A stretch of DNA of 64,000 nt, from positions 81,877-145,876 of the forward strand of contig CAZVTT010000001.1 in NCBI GenBank assembly GCA_964629685.1, read 5' to 3'. A program made the translations under genes and the position numbers. Shown piece by piece: positions 37,012 to 46,690 of this stretch. Under the pieces are notes generated by a model. That model was not told where the DNA came from, did no database searches, and saw nothing but the letters and a program-made list of their open reading frames with translations. The stretch's first letter is position 1, and every line of letters starts with the position of its first letter. The stretch is from an uncultured Gammaproteobacteria bacterium. GTDB lineage: Bacteria > Patescibacteriota > Microgenomatia > UBA10105 > UBA927.

Positions 37012-37083
37012 TGCGTCTGGATGGGATCGAACCATCGGCATCCACTTTATAAGAGTGGCGCTCTACCACTGAGCTACAGACGC
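37012..37083 (-). tRNA. tRNA-Ile (anticodon TAT/UAU)
   Basis: Reverse-complement cloverleaf: acceptor gcgtctg/cagacgc, D arm gctc-agtggta-gagc, anticodon stem ccact/agtgg with loop cTTATAa, variable loop atgcc, T arm gatgg-TTCGATC-ccatc (canonical) and discriminator A. Confidence 0.7.
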
Positions 37084-37197
37084 ATTCATCAACCAGTATC
37101 CGTCGCTACGTACATGTATTTTTGCGCGACAGAACGTGTGATATCCCGTAATTGTACTAAAAAATGACCTAAAATTCGATCATCTAATCCGAATTGG

Positions 37198-38277
37198 TTA
37201 TTTCGTCAGTTTTTGTTCGGATAATAACAGCGCTTTCTGACGACAAAACAATTGTTCAGAGGATGACAGCCGTTCATAAGAACACACCGAAGAAATAAAG
37301 TCAGTACTGGCACACGATTTATCATACAACGATAAACTCGTAATCATACCGGTTACACAAACCGGCCGTAGTGTGTCCGATATCCCCAGGCACGGATCGA
37401 TTATTTGCGCGACAGAACAAGCTGGATGCGTATTTATAATATATGAACCGGTGAGTTGCCCGATGGCACGTTCCGCACCGGCTTTATCAGGGATACCTGA
37501 TATATACACCGCCGCCTGACTAAAATCTTCCGTCATCAACCAGGATGCCACCGCCATCCCTTCGTAACAATACTGACGGTACGAATCAGGTTGTCCCGCA
37601 CACCACATGAACGGTGAAGCATCGGGAAGCTGAAGACCATATTCACGGTTAAACGCATATGTAGCCACGCCGTTGTATACCCCTATCATACAGGTCTGTT
37701 GATACTCAGGCTTGGGGGAAATGTGCAAGCAGACCGATATCCCCTTCTCTATCATCTTCTGGGCATTGCCCCAGTACTCCTGTTCATGACCCGCCGCCGC
37801 ACCGTGGCCTATACCATGAAAACAATTTGCCTGACTATTCCGCTCCTCTATTTCCAAACATACTTTTTCAGCTATCTCGGGTTTAACTGTCCGAGCTGCC
37901 ATTGTCTCCGATAACCCATGGAAAAACCCGTATCCGCACAGATCGGTTAATGCACTGACGGAAATTCTTTTTGACCGTTGATACAGCTCAAAAAATGTTC
38001 TCCCAGCCGTGTGGGTTAAATCGTGACAAGCGCTGAGCGTAATATGTTTGTTCGTTAACAGTCCCTGTGTATAACGAAGTGCGACATCCGTGCCCTCTTC
38101 CCGCACTAACGTTTTTATTGTACGTTCGTAACACGAAAAACTATTCTCTGACTGCAGACAGTGCTGAGATACGGGCACTGCAATATTTTGTAACCGCAAA
38201 AAACCCCATAATCCCGCTATAAGTAAACTAACCAGGCTAATACCAACCAAACGCCGCATCATTGCCACTATACGCAA
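37198..38277 (-). CDS. Cys-rich exported/membrane-anchored hypothetical protein
   Basis: 359 aa. N-terminal signal/anchor LVGISLVSLLIAGLWGFL, then about 16 cysteines spread through the mature part, and two His-rich motifs (HGIGHGAAAGHE). Confidence 0.45.
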   Translation of the reverse strand: MRIVAMMRRLVGISLVSLLIAGLWGFLRLQNIAVPVSQHCLQSENSFSCYERTIKTLVREEGTDVALRYTQGLLTNKHITLSACHDLTHTAGRTFFELYQRSKRISVSALTDLCGYGFFHGLSETMAARTVKPEIAEKVCLEIEERNSQANCFHGIGHGAAAGHEQEYWGNAQKMIEKGISVCLHISPKPEYQQTCMIGVYNGVATYAFNREYGLQLPDASPFMWCAGQPDSYRQYCYEGMAVASWLMTEDFSQAAVYISGIPDKAGAERAIGQLTGSYIINTHPACSVAQIIDPCLGISDTLRPVCVTGMITSLSLYDKSCASTDFISSVCSYERLSSSEQLFCRQKALLLSEQKLTK

Positions 38278-38319
38278 TGCAGGAGTCTGTCACAAGCTGT
38301 GAACGAAAAAACGCAAAGA

Positions 38320-39729
38320 TTATTGATGAATCAGCGCATGAAGTTGATCCTGAAGTTCCAAAGCATGCTTTTTCTGCCGACTGATTATGATATATACCAG
38401 TTTATCTTGCATAACCATATTCTCGGAGATTATCAGTACTCCTTCTTTGGTTTTTTTATCGAATAATACCGGCTTGAGTCGTTCTAGCAATGCCGTGAAT
38501 GAGCGGAATGCACCTTTGGGCAAATCATACGTAGTTACCGAAAGCACATACCACTGATACATAAAATCCCTGCCCAACAGATGCTCTGCCACAGCATAAA
38601 CATAGGTTCCCCCGGTTCGCCGTACATTAGATTCCGTCACCACGAGTTTGCCGTTTTTTGCTACTACAAAGTCAACGTCAAAATATCCGCGGTAGCCGGC
38701 CTTTACATACTGTTCGGCAATAAAAAAGCCGGTATCCACCAATGTGGCGGCTGTTCTGTCGGAAAAAATTCCATAACTAATTTCCACGCCGCCGAACACA
38801 CCGTTTCTATCCACTCTCATGCCACAGTAGTACAGAAAATCTATTCTGCCGCTTTTTAGGATACGGAATTCCACACTTAAACTTCCTCCGCCGACCGTGG
38901 TGTTTACGGGAATGTAGTCTTCAATAATAATCGGAAATTTATCCCAGTAGGCCTCCTCCGACAACCGTTGATGTATTTTAGCTTCACATTCGCGATACTG
39001 CAGGGGTAAATCTCCCGGACGGAAAATGAGTATTCCCGCTCCCGAATGTCCCTTGTTGGTCTTAATTACCACACCGTTTTCGTGAATATATTTATTTGCG
39101 GCAATTTTCGCGGCATCGGCCACATTTACACATACCAACCCTTCTGCCATTTGAAAATCCGGTTCCACCGCAGCACTTTTCTGCGCAAGTTGCCGTATAC
39201 CGGATTTGCTGCCGTAAAAATTAATCGTCCAGGCGTCTTCCTCTTCAGGAGCTTCCGGCGTTATTACTTCCACACCCGCCGCACGTAATGCTTCTACCAG
39301 TTTCAAGAACTGCTGAGAAGTAGAATAGCTTGTAATCATTAACCGTTTTGATTTCTGCCCCGCCTCTACCAGCGCCTGCATCACTTGCTTATCTCCACGG
39401 ATATCATCACAAATGACACCGGTATGCCGTTTAGGAACAAGAATTGTTACCCGTTTCTTTCCGAACAAAGACATGTAATACTGCAGAAATTCTTCACTTA
39501 CCGGTCGGGGAAGCACAAAAATAGAATCGTCTTCACCGGCTAACGAAAAAAGTTCGCGGTCACCTAGTGCCGCATTCTCGGATATTTCTGTCTGGCGCAT
39601 CCGATCGTCAGTAATTGCACAGATAAACGGCCAGACGTCTTCCGACATGTTCCAGATATAAACGGTCGTTTCAAGAAGTTTTCCATTTCCGTTACCGTTT
39701 ACCGGCACCGGGGTACTGTTCAATGACAT
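38320..39729 (-). CDS. ATP-grasp superfamily ligase (carboxylate-amine/peptide ligase-like)
   Basis: 469 aa. A central nucleotide-binding region is followed by KAGYRGYFDVDFVVAKNGKLVVTESNVRRTGGT, which matches the ATP-grasp C-terminal catalytic segment (D/E-x-N with preceding beta strands). Confidence 0.5.
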   Translation of the reverse strand: MSLNSTPVPVNGNGNGKLLETTVYIWNMSEDVWPFICAITDDRMRQTEISENAALGDRELFSLAGEDDSIFVLPRPVSEEFLQYYMSLFGKKRVTILVPKRHTGVICDDIRGDKQVMQALVEAGQKSKRLMITSYSTSQQFLKLVEALRAAGVEVITPEAPEEEDAWTINFYGSKSGIRQLAQKSAAVEPDFQMAEGLVCVNVADAAKIAANKYIHENGVVIKTNKGHSGAGILIFRPGDLPLQYRECEAKIHQRLSEEAYWDKFPIIIEDYIPVNTTVGGGSLSVEFRILKSGRIDFLYYCGMRVDRNGVFGGVEISYGIFSDRTAATLVDTGFFIAEQYVKAGYRGYFDVDFVVAKNGKLVVTESNVRRTGGTYVYAVAEHLLGRDFMYQWYVLSVTTYDLPKGAFRSFTALLERLKPVLFDKKTKEGVLIISENMVMQDKLVYIIISRQKKHALELQDQLHALIHQ

Positions 39730-39780
39730 ACAATATAACCAACAATAGCTGTTTTACGGCAATGGTCAAGAGGGAAACGA

Positions 39781-42165
39781 TTATAATCTGGCACGTTGAC
39801 CGATTTCAGCCTCAACTAACTCCCGCGATCTACCATACTTCAATCGTGACAACTGAATTATAGCTTGAGCGATTTGCGGATTCTGCCGTGAAAGCACTGC
39901 ACTCATATCCTTCGTTAAATCCATACTAAACGGCTTTACGGGTTCATTCTTCACTGTCGTCTTAATATACGCGTTAAACTTGTCTATGTTAATTAAATCC
40001 GATTCATTAAACGTCGGCTGGAATTCATGCTGAAGGTAATTTGCGTCGGTTACGCCTACCCGGAATGATATTAGTGAACCCACGTTTCCGAACACGGCAT
40101 TCTTTACCTCTTCATCCATTTGACCGATAAACTGATTTGCCACCGTTAAATTCAGTCTGTATTTACGTGCCTCGGAGAGAATCTGAGCAAAATCCGGTGT
40201 CGCAAAGTTCTGAAATTCGTCAACATACAGGAAAAAATCCCGCCGCTTTTCTTCAGGAATTTCCTGACGTGAAAGTGCGGAAATCAAAATACGGGGCACG
40301 AGAATTAATCCCAGAAAATTGCTATTCTCTTCTCCTAAATTCCCTTTCGACAGATTGCATAACAATATTTTGCCTTCATCCATGGCATTCCGGAAATTAA
40401 ATGATGATTGTGATTGCCCGATAATATTACGCATTAATTTATTTGTAACAAATCGTCCGAATTTGGATACGATATAATCCAATACTTCCGACTTATGAAA
40501 GTCTGCCGTCTGGGCAATTTGATCAGTCCAATACCTCCGGATAATCGGATCCTGCACTTTGGGGAGTAATTCCTGTACGAATGCACTGTCGGTTAATACA
40601 CGGACAACTTCAATAAACGTATTACCGGGTTCACACATGACTGTTAACATGGCGTTTCTGACCGCATGTTCAAATCTGGGACCGATTATTCCGGTTTTTT
40701 GCGGATCGTACAGTTTATACATCAGTCCGACTATCGAAGTAACCACAAAATGTTTTTGCTCTTCACTGGTGGCTTCCAACATATTCAGACCCATTGGCCG
40801 TTCTGAATCGGATGGATCAAAATAAATAACGTCTTCAGCTCTCGAAGGTGGAACCCGCTTTAATACGTTATGGACCAAATCACCGTGGGGATCAATAACG
40901 CCGACTCCGTGACCGGCTTCAATATCCTGGGCAATCATTTCCTCCAATAGCTGGGACTTTCCGGTCCCGGTTTTTCCGATAATGTACATATGTCGGCGAC
41001 GATCATCTAATCCCAGGTATATCGGACGCTCCACTCCCCTATACCGGGATTTCCCGAGGAACAATCCCGAAGTAGGTATTTGCGACGGTGCCGGAGCTCG
41101 TTTTGCATTGAGCCAGTATATATGGGCTGTTTCAATAGATTTATTCGGTAAATGGAAAATACTGGCTAGTTCATCACTGTTCATAACACTATATTGCTGT
41201 AAGAACGGCAAATGAAAGCTGAAAATCGGAAAATACCGGTAAATAAAATCCATCATGAAAAACTGCTTAAACGGCATTTTTACTTTCCAGAATGTATTCG
41301 TTTCCGAAGAAAATTGTTCTAAGGCAGCAATAATATTTTCCAGGTGATTCTCCGCCATATGTTTGTCGTGCGACGATACGACAATACGAATAACGGTATT
41401 AAATCCCGGTTTATTTATTTTCTGTTCAACGGCTTCCAGTGATTTCTGATCCACTTTAAAACTGGCTTTTTCCGGATTGGCTTCATTCTTTTTCTGAACG
41501 GAAATATAGGAACGACCCTGAGACTTCCAGTGATGTCCCGCTGGCTGAACCAGTATTTGGATACAGGCAGCTTCTCCCGTCTGCATTTTTGCCAGTACGG
41601 AGGTGATGGTTGATAGTGCATCCGTGGGTAAATCACGATATACCCGCAGGGGGAAGTAATCGGAATACCGTAAACGCAGAGCCGCAAATGCAACTTTTCC
41701 CTGATCGGTAAAAAGATTGTATTCTTCCACTTCTTTTATTTCCGCTCCGGGGTATGCTCCGTGAATTTGTTTTTCTACCAGATCCATATATTTTCTGGGA
41801 AGCGAAACGTAAAACCGAATATCTTCTGGTCTGGCAACTATTTCAAAAGAAATATGTGGCTGGGGTTGCAGAAATGACAGAAATTCATGCTTATAAATAC
41901 TATGCAAACTTGCAAAAAGTTGCTCTGCAGCATCAATTTTTATTTCATTATCACGCGGAACGGCTACCTGCATCGTTACGAAATTCAACGAATCCTGTAA
42001 GCGGTCCCGGTATTTCCATAAAATAAAAATCACATATCCCAGTCCTGCCAGGCAGGCAACAAAAAACAGCATGAGAAACATGCTCAGAAGAATCATTTGA
42101 GCCTGGTAGATCAAATCCTGAACCGCTACCGGCATGGAACTAGTTGCTTGCGATAAGTTTTCCAT
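39781..42165 (-). CDS. Membrane-anchored FtsK/HerA-superfamily P-loop ATPase of the VirD4/TraD/TraG coupling-protein type
   Basis: 794 aa with an N-terminal TM helix. The Walker A IIGKTGTGKSQLL is followed about 15 aa later by VIDPHGDL (the DPxGD motif typical of coupling proteins), and the Walker B is FFLYVDEFQNFA. Confidence 0.55.
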   Translation of the reverse strand: MENLSQATSSMPVAVQDLIYQAQMILLSMFLMLFFVACLAGLGYVIFILWKYRDRLQDSLNFVTMQVAVPRDNEIKIDAAEQLFASLHSIYKHEFLSFLQPQPHISFEIVARPEDIRFYVSLPRKYMDLVEKQIHGAYPGAEIKEVEEYNLFTDQGKVAFAALRLRYSDYFPLRVYRDLPTDALSTITSVLAKMQTGEAACIQILVQPAGHHWKSQGRSYISVQKKNEANPEKASFKVDQKSLEAVEQKINKPGFNTVIRIVVSSHDKHMAENHLENIIAALEQFSSETNTFWKVKMPFKQFFMMDFIYRYFPIFSFHLPFLQQYSVMNSDELASIFHLPNKSIETAHIYWLNAKRAPAPSQIPTSGLFLGKSRYRGVERPIYLGLDDRRRHMYIIGKTGTGKSQLLEEMIAQDIEAGHGVGVIDPHGDLVHNVLKRVPPSRAEDVIYFDPSDSERPMGLNMLEATSEEQKHFVVTSIVGLMYKLYDPQKTGIIGPRFEHAVRNAMLTVMCEPGNTFIEVVRVLTDSAFVQELLPKVQDPIIRRYWTDQIAQTADFHKSEVLDYIVSKFGRFVTNKLMRNIIGQSQSSFNFRNAMDEGKILLCNLSKGNLGEENSNFLGLILVPRILISALSRQEIPEEKRRDFFLYVDEFQNFATPDFAQILSEARKYRLNLTVANQFIGQMDEEVKNAVFGNVGSLISFRVGVTDANYLQHEFQPTFNESDLINIDKFNAYIKTTVKNEPVKPFSMDLTKDMSAVLSRQNPQIAQAIIQLSRLKYGRSRELVEAEIGQRARL

Positions 42166-42592
42166 GAACAGATTTTACGCTTTTATGCACCTGTAATAGT
42201 CTCCGGGTACACCATTCAGCTAACCACCTGAACGAATTTTCGACACCGAGTTTGAGCCCGTCCGCTATCTGCTGATCGGTTAACGGAACCGGACCGGACT
42301 TTACGTTTTGGACAGGCACCGCATTGCCAACCGGGACCACGCCCATTTGTTGTACTGCCGGAGGCAACTCTACAGTAGGCTTCTCTACCCGTACCCCCAC
42401 TTCCGCAACTTCTTTAGGCAATTCCACTTCTTGCCCTACGGCCTTAAGTATTACTTCACTGGTAGCTAGCGACGCACCGCCGACAATTTCTTTATTTCCA
42501 CCACTAACACTAATCTGCGGAGGCAAATTTGCCTGATTAGCAGGAGCAGAAGTTTTTCCCGTCAGAGCGGGATCAGTGGGCAGATCAGTCAT
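42140..42592 (-). CDS. Small Pro/Val-rich hypothetical protein
   Basis: 150 aa of low-complexity sequence with a PxV-rich repeat character. Its stop overlaps the start of the ATPase gene by about 25 nt. Confidence 0.35.
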   Translation of the reverse strand: MTDLPTDPALTGKTSAPANQANLPPQISVSGGNKEIVGGASLATSEVILKAVGQEVELPKEVAEVGVRVEKPTVELPPAVQQMGVVPVGNAVPVQNVKSGPVPLTDQQIADGLKLGVENSFRWLAEWCTRRLLQVHKSVKSVHGKLIASN

Positions 42593-42645
42593 AGCGTAAT
42601 CATATCATAAATAAGCCGTTCAGCTTCAGGTATGTCGCGAATGTA

Positions 42646-44919
42646 TCAGGCTGCAGACACTATCGGAAATAGAGCAATAATACCACTTGACGGAAGCGTA
42701 GCCTTCGCTTTTATTCCTGCTGGTTTGTGTTGAAGTGTTGACCCTTTACCTTGCTCACGTTTCATATTTAAATACCAAATAATAGCCAGTAGTAACCATG
42801 GACGGCCTTCACCGTTCGGTTCTAATTCAGCTAGGTCACCATCCGGTAGTAGCTTTAGAACCTTGGAAGCACCGTGTACTTCCGCTGTACTGCGTTTGGC
42901 TGTAACTATCCGATCAAATTGACGCAATAGATTCCAAAACAACCAAACCTGATAAAACTTCCCCACCACAAACCATTCTTTAATTAACGTAATCTGTTGA
43001 AAATTTGCATGATCTTTCTGTAAGGAATCGAGCTCTGCACTCATCACCGTTTCCGTTTTCGCCAGCACGGTTGATATTGCAGATAACTCTTTTATTGCCG
43101 GTTCTAACAACGCAATTTGTAACCATTGATGTTCATCCACATGTTCCGGCAATACTGCCGCTACACCTTTCTGCATTTGTTCACCTACTGCTGTAGCCGG
43201 AATAACACTTTGCGGTTCCATTCGTGGTTGATCTTCCCTAATGTTACGCATAACCTGCTTAATGGGAATACGTAAGTGATCCTGCATCCGGGTTTTCAAA
43301 CCTTCCCATAATCCCGCCACACGCTCTTTAGCTTCATTAACATATTCGTGCACGTTTCGAAACATGCGACGAATTGGTGGAGAAATCTGTTTTTCAGTCT
43401 GTTTCCGCTCGGGAGGGGCGGGTGTCAATTCTATTTCACTTGCGATAACCAACGCACCCACAGCAAATACAGGCAACTCCTGCAATACCTCAGTCGACGG
43501 AGTTCCAGCAGATACAGCCATGAATGTATCGTGCGTATGCTCTCCCGCAATCCGCATCCGGGAAGCGGCTTCACGATAGACCTCAGACTTTCGTCCGTCA
43601 TGTACCTTGACCGTCACGAGAGGAGGAGGCTCCTCCGTTAATACCGATTGCGCCTGTCGGATACCTAAGGATTCACGTAATGACCGCTGAAGCGTTAACC
43701 ATCGTACGCGTAATCTCCGGGGAAGAATATCCCGAACCGATGTATTCCCCGACACTAACTGATGTAGTAACACCGGCTGCTGCTCCGAGGAGGGCACAAC
43801 CGGAAAATCAACCAATCCGGCGGATATCGGACGTATCGCCGGCTGAGCCTGTATATCCTTTTCAGGAGTACGACCAACGGCATTGGCTTCCGCAACTAGC
43901 GGTACGGATTTTCTGACGGCACCTGTCTTGGCAGTCGTAGATTCTTCACGCCTAACTTTTTTCCGCTGCTCATGGTACTTTTGAGTCTGTTGGTAATATC
44001 CTTTTTCCACTCCTACAACTCTGGATGTTCCGATATCCGAAGTGGATACTCTGAACACATCCGCTTCCTGAGAAGAAACCGGATAGTCTACTACTCCACC
44101 TCCGACATGCTCCTGTTCATTTTGGGGAAATGACGGTTGCTCAAATCTGACAATATTACCTCGGACAAACGCAGCCAATCCTTGCTGTACCGTTTCATTC
44201 GCGAGAATTTGCCTTTCAAATTCGACCACTAACGCAGCTACCTGTTCCTGCTGTGCTTGGATTACCTGAGGAAACCGATCTACATCATGTTTAATCCGCT
44301 CTAAATAAGGAGTTGCGGCTAATTTTGACGCTTCGGATTCGTAGCTCTGCTCGATGGCAGCAAATATATCGGTTATGCCTAACTGTCGCTCGTAAAATAA
44401 CGGTTTCGAAAAGTCTGTGGTATCTATCTGATCTTCACCCGTAGAAAGTGACCGTTGGGCTAATATCCGTTGTAACCGTTGAAGTTCACCTGTCGTTCCC
44501 TGATATTCAATCGCCAATGCCTGTACCCCGTCTCCCTGGTCCGTATATAAATAAATATAGCTTCGTCCGTAGCCTAAATCTTCGCTGATCACCACAGCTT
44601 GTTCAACGGTATCATCAGTAATCATTCTCTGCTCTGCTTCCATTACCCTAAATATTCTGTCACCGCCGACTTCGGATAAGTCCACCAGTTGCTCAAGTGT
44701 CTTCCCGCTATTCATCCACCGCCCTTCCGGTGAAAGCGTATATCCGAACGCCATGAGCGTTTTATGGTCGACAAATTCAGCCTGGTAGGTTACCGCATTT
44801 TCCGCAGCCGTTTTCGCCACTAACGTTAAATCACCGGTTTCTTCGTACCGCTCTTCAAGATAATCCTCTTCCCGCTTTGCCACATACCCGTGACCATCGG
44901 ACGCTTCAATAGCCGGCAT
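42646..44919 (-). CDS. Hypothetical protein, 757 aa
   Basis: A long ORF with no recognisable motif. It is the first gene of the five-gene minus-strand cluster. Confidence 0.5.
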   Translation of the reverse strand: MPAIEASDGHGYVAKREEDYLEERYEETGDLTLVAKTAAENAVTYQAEFVDHKTLMAFGYTLSPEGRWMNSGKTLEQLVDLSEVGGDRIFRVMEAEQRMITDDTVEQAVVISEDLGYGRSYIYLYTDQGDGVQALAIEYQGTTGELQRLQRILAQRSLSTGEDQIDTTDFSKPLFYERQLGITDIFAAIEQSYESEASKLAATPYLERIKHDVDRFPQVIQAQQEQVAALVVEFERQILANETVQQGLAAFVRGNIVRFEQPSFPQNEQEHVGGGVVDYPVSSQEADVFRVSTSDIGTSRVVGVEKGYYQQTQKYHEQRKKVRREESTTAKTGAVRKSVPLVAEANAVGRTPEKDIQAQPAIRPISAGLVDFPVVPSSEQQPVLLHQLVSGNTSVRDILPRRLRVRWLTLQRSLRESLGIRQAQSVLTEEPPPLVTVKVHDGRKSEVYREAASRMRIAGEHTHDTFMAVSAGTPSTEVLQELPVFAVGALVIASEIELTPAPPERKQTEKQISPPIRRMFRNVHEYVNEAKERVAGLWEGLKTRMQDHLRIPIKQVMRNIREDQPRMEPQSVIPATAVGEQMQKGVAAVLPEHVDEHQWLQIALLEPAIKELSAISTVLAKTETVMSAELDSLQKDHANFQQITLIKEWFVVGKFYQVWLFWNLLRQFDRIVTAKRSTAEVHGASKVLKLLPDGDLAELEPNGEGRPWLLLAIIWYLNMKREQGKGSTLQHKPAGIKAKATLPSSGIIALFPIVSAA

Positions 44920-45490
44920 ATGATTTTAGCCGAATATATTCGGACTTAATTAATGTTGTTCTGGTAAATTTCTGCATACATATTTTTATCATTTCCGCTC
45001 CGGTAATAAATGCCGGTACTAAAACCATATTCCCCATTAACTGGTTGCGGAGAAACGGTAAACCATTAACAAAAGATAGGAGCAACCCCTGCCAAGTTCG
45101 TGGATACATTCCCCAACTATCCAGTAGCCAAACACCAAAATTCGTCCAGAGAAAAAACCATAAACTGATGCCGATGCCAGCCGCAAGAGAAAAACCAAAT
45201 TTACCCAAATAACGCTTCACCTTACTGGCCGGAAAACCAATTGCAAGGCCTGCCAATGCGTATGCAGACCATGTAAATAACGCAACGGAAGTATTTCCTA
45301 TAAACACATCACTGAATGCCATAACAAACAACGGAACAAGAACGGACCAACGCTTACCGCCATATACGGCTGCCAAAACAGTTACCGTAGTGACTAATTC
45401 GACATTCCAGCCTAAATCAAACCACAAACGTTCAGCTATGGCCATAACGACTACTGCACAAAGCAAAATATTACGGATTTGGTGATTCAT
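44906..45490 (-). CDS. Small polytopic membrane protein, possibly an ECF-transporter S component (CbrT-like)
   Basis: About 190 aa with 5-6 hydrophobic helices. It lies within a cobalamin-related module. The start is estimated at MNHQIRN. Confidence 0.35.
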   Translation of the reverse strand: MNHQIRNILLCAVVVMAIAERLWFDLGWNVELVTTVTVLAAVYGGKRWSVLVPLFVMAFSDVFIGNTSVALFTWSAYALAGLAIGFPASKVKRYLGKFGFSLAAGIGISLWFFLWTNFGVWLLDSWGMYPRTWQGLLLSFVNGLPFLRNQLMGNMVLVPAFITGAEMIKICMQKFTRTTLIKSEYIRLKSYAGY

Positions 45491-45920
45491 ATTTCCACTC
45501 CATTTGATCTCCTGCCTTAACCGGTTTTTTGTCTGCAGCAATATCTCCGGACTGTCCGTTCAGATAATAAATCCAAGCTTTTTGCGGTGTCGCACTATAG
45601 GTGCCAATCCTTTCAACAAAAACTCCGAAATCATATTGTTTGGTAATCAGTGCCAGTTGTTTTTCTTCAGCAGCTTTCTGCAGTGCGCTAAACACTGTAC
45701 CGGCGTCAGCAACCGTTACTGTCTCGGCCTGGTCAGGAGCAAATTCAATTCGCACGCCGACACCTTGTATTTCCTGAATCTGAGCTGGTGAATTCAGCAG
45801 TGTCGCGGATTTTACCGAATCACCGGTATATATTCTGTAGCCTATTTGAAGCACAAAGCCGACACATACGGCCAGAATAATTAACTTCTTGTACGATATC
45901 ATTTGCCTCCCGTTGCCCAT
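45471..45920 (-). CDS. DUF4430-like exported/lipoprotein, of a type often associated with cobalamin uptake
   Basis: A signal sequence with a lipobox-like LAVC, and the C-terminal motif AWIYYLNG...GDQMEWKYE that is reminiscent of DUF4430. The start is estimated at an internal Met. Confidence 0.35.
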   Translation of the reverse strand: MGNGRQMISYKKLIILAVCVGFVLQIGYRIYTGDSVKSATLLNSPAQIQEIQGVGVRIEFAPDQAETVTVADAGTVFSALQKAAEEKQLALITKQYDFGVFVERIGTYSATPQKAWIYYLNGQSGDIAADKKPVKAGDQMEWKYESPNP

Positions 45921-46102
45921 AAAAAAACCTTCTACTCCGAGAAGGTTAAGATACGAAAAAATATGATACGCCAATTCTTCCGTATAAATTCCTGCTCGGG
46001 ATAGGTACGAGTGAGGCGAGTTCCGGACTTTTCCGATATACTTCGGAATCACCGTTGCGGCACAGTGGCGGATTTTCACCGCCTTCCTTCATCCTCTCTC
46101 TT

Positions 46103-46678
46103 TTATTTATTAATACGCCTGCGTGGTATTCTGAACCAATCTACATCTGCAACACCAGCATCACTATTTATAAACCGCGCGAGCTGAAAAAACAAGTCCG
46201 ATAATCTGTTTATATATTTGATTATCGCTTCCATCTGTGGTGGAGACAAATGAAAATCAGTTGGTTGCAGTTGGTAAAATGATACCACCCGCCGTTCTAC
46301 CCGCCTGCAAACTGACCTGGTTATATGCGTATATGCGGCAATGGTAGTGCCGCCCGGCAGGATAAAATTATTCAATTCCGGCAGCTTCTCTTCCATCGTG
46401 TCTATCCATACCTCCATGTCTTCCGCACAAACAGCTAATTGATGAACGTCACCACCCCATCCCGCCAATACTCCTCCGATAGTAAACAGATCAGACTGTA
46501 CGTCCTGCAAAAAGTTTCTTGTATCCTCATCCGTAATTTGTGACGCTACCAACCCTACCCAACTATTTAACTCATCAATCGATCCGTACACGTCAACCAA
46601 ATCATGTGACTTGGAAACCCGCTTGCCGCCAAAGAGTGATGTTTCTCCTTTATCTCCTGTTTTCGTATAGATTGGCAT
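46103..46678 (-). CDS. ATP:cob(I)alamin adenosyltransferase, PduO type
   Basis: The N-terminus MPIYTKTGDKGETSLFGGKRVSKS is the hallmark PduO-type signature (IYTKTGDxGxTsL). Confidence 0.8.
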   Translation of the reverse strand: MPIYTKTGDKGETSLFGGKRVSKSHDLVDVYGSIDELNSWVGLVASQITDEDTRNFLQDVQSDLFTIGGVLAGWGGDVHQLAVCAEDMEVWIDTMEEKLPELNNFILPGGTTIAAYTHITRSVCRRVERRVVSFYQLQPTDFHLSPPQMEAIIKYINRLSDLFFQLARFINSDAGVADVDWFRIPRRRINK

Positions 46679-46690
46679 AATGGTTATTTT

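Noticed and set aside
36943-37041. N-terminal 33-aa extension of the idi ORF
   Set aside because: The extension would overlap the tRNA-Ile gene on the same strand. The internal Met start gives a normal-length IDI-1.
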